Shown one piece after another: positions 60,552 through 64,000 of a DNA stretch of 64,000 nucleotides. The notes beneath the pieces are model-generated. The model was not told the DNA's origin and did not search any database. It saw nothing but the letters and a program-made list of their open reading frames with translations. Made by a program: the position numbers and the translations under genes. Source of the stretch: Nitrospirota bacterium (lineage in GTDB: Bacteria; Nitrospirota; Thermodesulfovibrionia; Thermodesulfovibrionales; JdFR-86); contig CAVRJY010000005.1 of assembly GCA_963721805.1 (NCBI GenBank), forward strand, positions 33,309 to 97,308, in the 5' to 3' direction. Position 1 is the stretch's first letter. Every line of letters starts with the position of its first letter.

Positions 60552-61330
60552 GCGAGCAAGGCATGAGCGGAAAAGACATCATAAAGATCGCGCTTAACCT
60601 GATGGTGATATACGTAGTGGGCGGGTTTCTGCTGGCGTGGGTATATGCCACGACCTCTCCGATAGTCTACAAAAAGACCCAGGAGGAGAAGCAGGCCGCG
60701 CTCAAAGAGATGATGCCCGGCGTCCAGCAGATCGACAAAGAGGGCGACTGGACCACCCCGGAGGGCCAGCACGCCGGGTACTACCAGGGCAAGAACGGCA
60801 AGGAGTCGCAGGGCTACGTCGTCGAGACCTACGGCAAGGGCTACTCCAGCTACATCAACCTGATGGTCTCGGCCGACAAGGATTTCAAGATAAAGAAGGT
60901 CAAGGTCCTGCACCACGCCGAGACGCCCGGATTGGGCGACGAGGTCGAGGCCCCGTGGTTTACGAAGCAGTTCGAGGGCAAGTCTCTCGAGCAGATGAAG
61001 GTCGAGAAGATCGAGGGCACGCCGAACATACAGGCGATCTCTGGAGCTACGATATCCTCTAAGGGCGCTACACGTGGCGTGCAGTTCGCCCTCGAGCTCC
61101 TCAAGCAGAAGTACGGCGCTACGGGCGGCGGCATGGCGAACTGTCCCGAGGGCATGACGAACTGCCCCGAGCACAATACCGGCATGGAGAGCTGCCCCGA
61201 GGGCATTGAGAACTGCTCCGAGCATGAGAAGGCCCCCGCGGGCCACGACATGAAGATGCCGGTGCCGGGCAGCGCCCCTGTGATGAGCCCCGTGCCGGGC
61301 AGCGCCCCGGCGCACGAGATGCCGCGATGA
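60548..61330 (+). CDS. rnfG: Rnf complex subunit G with C-terminal repeat extension
   Basis: GY, ETPGLG, ISGATISS flavinylation motif. Confidence 0.9.
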   Translation: MSEQGMSGKDIIKIALNLMVIYVVGGFLLAWVYATTSPIVYKKTQEEKQAALKEMMPGVQQIDKEGDWTTPEGQHAGYYQGKNGKESQGYVVETYGKGYSSYINLMVSADKDFKIKKVKVLHHAETPGLGDEVEAPWFTKQFEGKSLEQMKVEKIEGTPNIQAISGATISSKGATRGVQFALELLKQKYGATGGGMANCPEGMTNCPEHNTGMESCPEGIENCSEHEKAPAGHDMKMPVPGSAPVMSPVPGSAPAHEMPR

Positions 61331-61345
61331 AGGAGGGCAAATAAC

Positions 61346-61966
61346 ATGGCATACGATACACGCAACCCGCTGCAGCTCATACGCGACGGCATAATCAGCG
61401 ACAACACGATCTTCAAGCTCGCGATCAGCCTGTGCCCGGCCATCGCCGTGACGAGCAAGCTCAAAAACGGCTTCCTGATGGGGTTGGCCGTCATGTTCGT
61501 CCAGACGATGGTCAACCTGACGATCTCGCTCATGCGGCCGGTCCTGCACCCCCGCATCCGCATCCCTATCTTCATGCTCGTCATCTCGGGCTGGGTCACG
61601 ATCACCGACATGCTGATGTCAGCATACGCCCGCGACGTCTACCGCGAGATGGGCCTCTACATCCAGCTCATCGTCGCGTTCGCCTCGATCCTGGCGCACG
61701 CCGAGACGTTCGCCTCCAAGAACAAGCCGATCCCTTCCGTGTTTGACGGCATCGGCATGGGCGCCGGATTCATGTTCGCGCTCGTATCGATCAGCTTCTT
61801 TCGCGAGCTGCTCGGCAAGGGCACGCTCTGGGGCATCGACGTGATCGGGTTTAAGCCGATGCTCATAATGATACTTCCGGCTGGCGGCTTCCTCACGGTC
61901 GGGCTGCTGATGGGTTTTTTCAACTGGATCGAGCTGCGCTACGGCAAGAAGGCCGGCGGACACTAA
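61346..61966 (+). CDS. rnfE: Rnf complex subunit E
   Basis: LCPAIAVT, RIP, RELLG.G, LPAGGF. Confidence 0.9.
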   Translation: MAYDTRNPLQLIRDGIISDNTIFKLAISLCPAIAVTSKLKNGFLMGLAVMFVQTMVNLTISLMRPVLHPRIRIPIFMLVISGWVTITDMLMSAYARDVYREMGLYIQLIVAFASILAHAETFASKNKPIPSVFDGIGMGAGFMFALVSISFFRELLGKGTLWGIDVIGFKPMLIMILPAGGFLTVGLLMGFFNWIELRYGKKAGGH

Positions 61967-61982
61967 TGGCGAGGGGGATATA

Positions 61983-62579
61983 ATGGACCACGGATTCATA
62001 AAGCTGCTGGAACTCTTCATATCGGCCTCGCTGATAAACAACTTCGTCTTCACGCGCTTCCTGGGGCTCTGCATATTCTTCGGCGTCTCCAAGAAGATGG
62101 AGACCGCGATAGGGATGAGCATCACGTTTACGGCCGTCATGGTCGTAAGCTCCGCGCTGGCGTGGCTGGTCTACAACCTCGTGATGGTCCCGCTGGAGCT
62201 CCAGTTTCTCAAGATCATCATCTTCATCGGCATCATCGCGGCCTTCGTGCAGGCCGCCGACACGATCATGCGCAAGACCTCGCCGGGCCTCTACTACAAG
62301 CTCGGCGTCTACCTCGCCCTGATCGCGACCAACTGCATCATCCTCGCCGTGCCGCTTATCGCGTCGGGCGAGGGCTACACGTTTATCGAGACTATAGTGT
62401 TTGGCCTCGGCTCGGCCATCGGCTTTGGGCTCGCGCTTACGATCATGGCGAGCATCCGCGAGCGGCTGGAGCTTGCGCGCGTGCCCAAGCCGTTTCAGGG
62501 CATGCCGATAGCGTTCGTTAACGCCGCGCTGATAGCGCTGGCATTCACCGGGTTTTCGGGCCTCATCTCAGCACATTAG
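61983..62579 (+). CDS. rnfA: Rnf complex subunit A
   Basis: NNFV..RFLGLC, LIATNC, IRERL, P.PFQG.PI. Confidence 0.93.
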   Translation: MDHGFIKLLELFISASLINNFVFTRFLGLCIFFGVSKKMETAIGMSITFTAVMVVSSALAWLVYNLVMVPLELQFLKIIIFIGIIAAFVQAADTIMRKTSPGLYYKLGVYLALIATNCIILAVPLIASGEGYTFIETIVFGLGSAIGFGLALTIMASIRERLELARVPKPFQGMPIAFVNAALIALAFTGFSGLISAH

Positions 62580-62593
62580 GAGATACTGATCAA

Positions 62594-63757
62594 GTGACCG
62601 AGATACTACACATAGCCGGGACGCTCGCGGACCTCTTCAGGGTCTTCGGGCATCACATCCTGCCGTTAGCCGGAGTCGGCGGCGGCGTAGAGGCCAAGGA
62701 GACCGTGGACTTCTGGCCGCTCGTAAAGTTCACGGTGATATTCGTCGCGTCCGTGGCCGCGCTCTTCGGCATAGGGCTCGCGTTCGCCGCGATGAAGTTC
62801 GCGGTGAAGGTCGACCCGCGCGTCGAGGCCGTCAAGGACGTACTGGCCCACGCGCACTGCGGCGCGTGCGGATACCCCGGATGCGAGCAGTACGCCGACG
62901 CGGTCGTAAACGACCCGGCCGTCTCTCCCGGCCTCTGCACTCCGGGCGGGGCGCGCACGCTCGAGGCAGTCTCTGCGATCACCGGCAAGACCGCCGGGGC
63001 TGTGGAGCCCAAGTTCGCGCGCGTCATGTGCCAGGGCGGCACGTCCGTCTCCCGCAAGAAATTCGACTACGAGGGCATACTCGACTGCCGCGCCGCTGTG
63101 CTCGCGGGCGGTGGCGACAAGGCCTGCATATACGGCTGCCTCGGATACGGCACCTGCACGCGCGTCTGCCCGTTTGACGCCCTGCACATGGGCGACGACG
63201 GCCTGCCGGTCGTGGACATCACCAAGTGCACCGCATGCCGCAAGTGCGAGGCCGCATGCCCCAAGAAGGTCATCGAGGTCCTGCCCGGCGGCAAGGCCGT
63301 GCTCGTCGCCTGCCACTCGCGCGACAAGGGCGGCGAAACGCGCAAGCACTGCGACTTCGGCTGCATAGCGTGCGGCAAGTGCGAGAAGATCTGCCCCTAC
63401 GACGCCGCTTCGGTCTCGGGCAACTGCTCCAAGATAGACCTCGACAAGTGCAGGGTCTGCGGGCTCTGCGTGACCGTATGCCCGACCAAGGCCATCGTGG
63501 ACATGATCCCCGAGCGCCCCAAGGCGTTTATAACCGAGAAATGCATAGGCTGCGACAAGTGCGCGAAGGTCTGCCCGGTCGACGCGGCCTCGGGCGAGAA
63601 GAAGCAGCGGTACAAGATAGACCAGGCCATCTGCATCGGCTGCGGGATATGCACCTCTAATTGCCCGGTGCAGGCCATCGAAGGCACCTTCAACACTTCC
63701 GAGGTTATGGCGGCAGCGGCGGCTAAAAAAGCAGCGAAGGAAACCGCCGCAGCTTAA
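62594..63757 (+). CDS. rnfB: Rnf complex subunit B (polyferredoxin type)
   Basis: CGACGYPGC plus six ferredoxin-type CxxCxxCxxxCP-like motifs. Confidence 0.93.
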   Translation: MTEILHIAGTLADLFRVFGHHILPLAGVGGGVEAKETVDFWPLVKFTVIFVASVAALFGIGLAFAAMKFAVKVDPRVEAVKDVLAHAHCGACGYPGCEQYADAVVNDPAVSPGLCTPGGARTLEAVSAITGKTAGAVEPKFARVMCQGGTSVSRKKFDYEGILDCRAAVLAGGGDKACIYGCLGYGTCTRVCPFDALHMGDDGLPVVDITKCTACRKCEAACPKKVIEVLPGGKAVLVACHSRDKGGETRKHCDFGCIACGKCEKICPYDAASVSGNCSKIDLDKCRVCGLCVTVCPTKAIVDMIPERPKAFITEKCIGCDKCAKVCPVDAASGEKKQRYKIDQAICIGCGICTSNCPVQAIEGTFNTSEVMAAAAAKKAAKETAAA

Positions 63758-63779
63758 GCAATCATTCAGTTAATCAACG

Positions 63780-63812
63780 AAGCCCGCGTCCTTCGCGGGC
63801 GCGGGCTTTTTT
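63780..63812 (+). terminator. intrinsic terminator of the rnf operon
   Basis: AAGCCCGCGTCC-TTCGC-GGGCGCGGGCTT followed by a T tract. Confidence 0.8.
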
Positions 63813-63830
63813 TGGTCATCGCTATCGCTG

Positions 63831-64000
63831 CCTTTTTGAAAGCGCTCCAAATCGCTTGATACTGCGTTGGGCTCAGAAGACTCGCCCTCTATGTACGTCT
63901 CAGTACACCATCGGGCGGTCTTCTTGCCCTGCCTAGTCTGAAGACGATTTGGGCGCGCTTTGCGGGGTTAAACGCGGCCCAGCCGCTGGACCCCGCACCC
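63831..64000 (+). repeat. repeat A copy 21 (runs off the window)
   Basis: AAAGCGCTCCAAATCG...GTACGTCTCAGTAC...CGATTTGGGCGCGCTTT plus tail. Confidence 0.9.

Overview
GC-rich bacterial chromosome segment. Gene content and order are compatible with a Nitrospirota- or Desulfobacterota-like anaerobe/microaerophile (low-confidence inference). Housekeeping genes: dnaE (partial), purL, purF, ald, nadE, nadB, mnmG-rsmG, mreBCD-mrdA-rodA, mtgA, prfB with its programmed frameshift, degP, dsbC and rnfCDGEAB. Also present are a TusA/DsrE/DsrE sulfur-relay cluster next to larE, signalling genes (HDOD, receivers, PilZ, MCP), an exosortase-H-like locus whose neighbour has an unfamiliar C-terminal sorting signal, and two paralogous 8-repeat lipoproteins. 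The most striking structure is non-coding. About 21 full or partial copies of a 125-200 bp palindromic repeat ('repeat A': AAAGCGC..AAATCG ends, GTAC-N6-GTAC core, tail ending GGTCAACGGC) occur in 64 kb. Six times, two copies face each other tail-to-tail and bracket a mostly AT-rich cargo islet (TA pairs, HEPN/Abi proteins, related GNATs, SpeD-like, membrane proteins). Three copies are joined to a ~355 bp 'repeat B' carrying iterated TCCGAACA boxes. No integrase, transposase, CRISPR array, rRNA or tRNA was recognised. Many genes appear leaderless. Frameshifts in mnmG, rnfD and the Abi gene are probably sequencing errors. All family assignments come from motif recognition by eye, not database searches.
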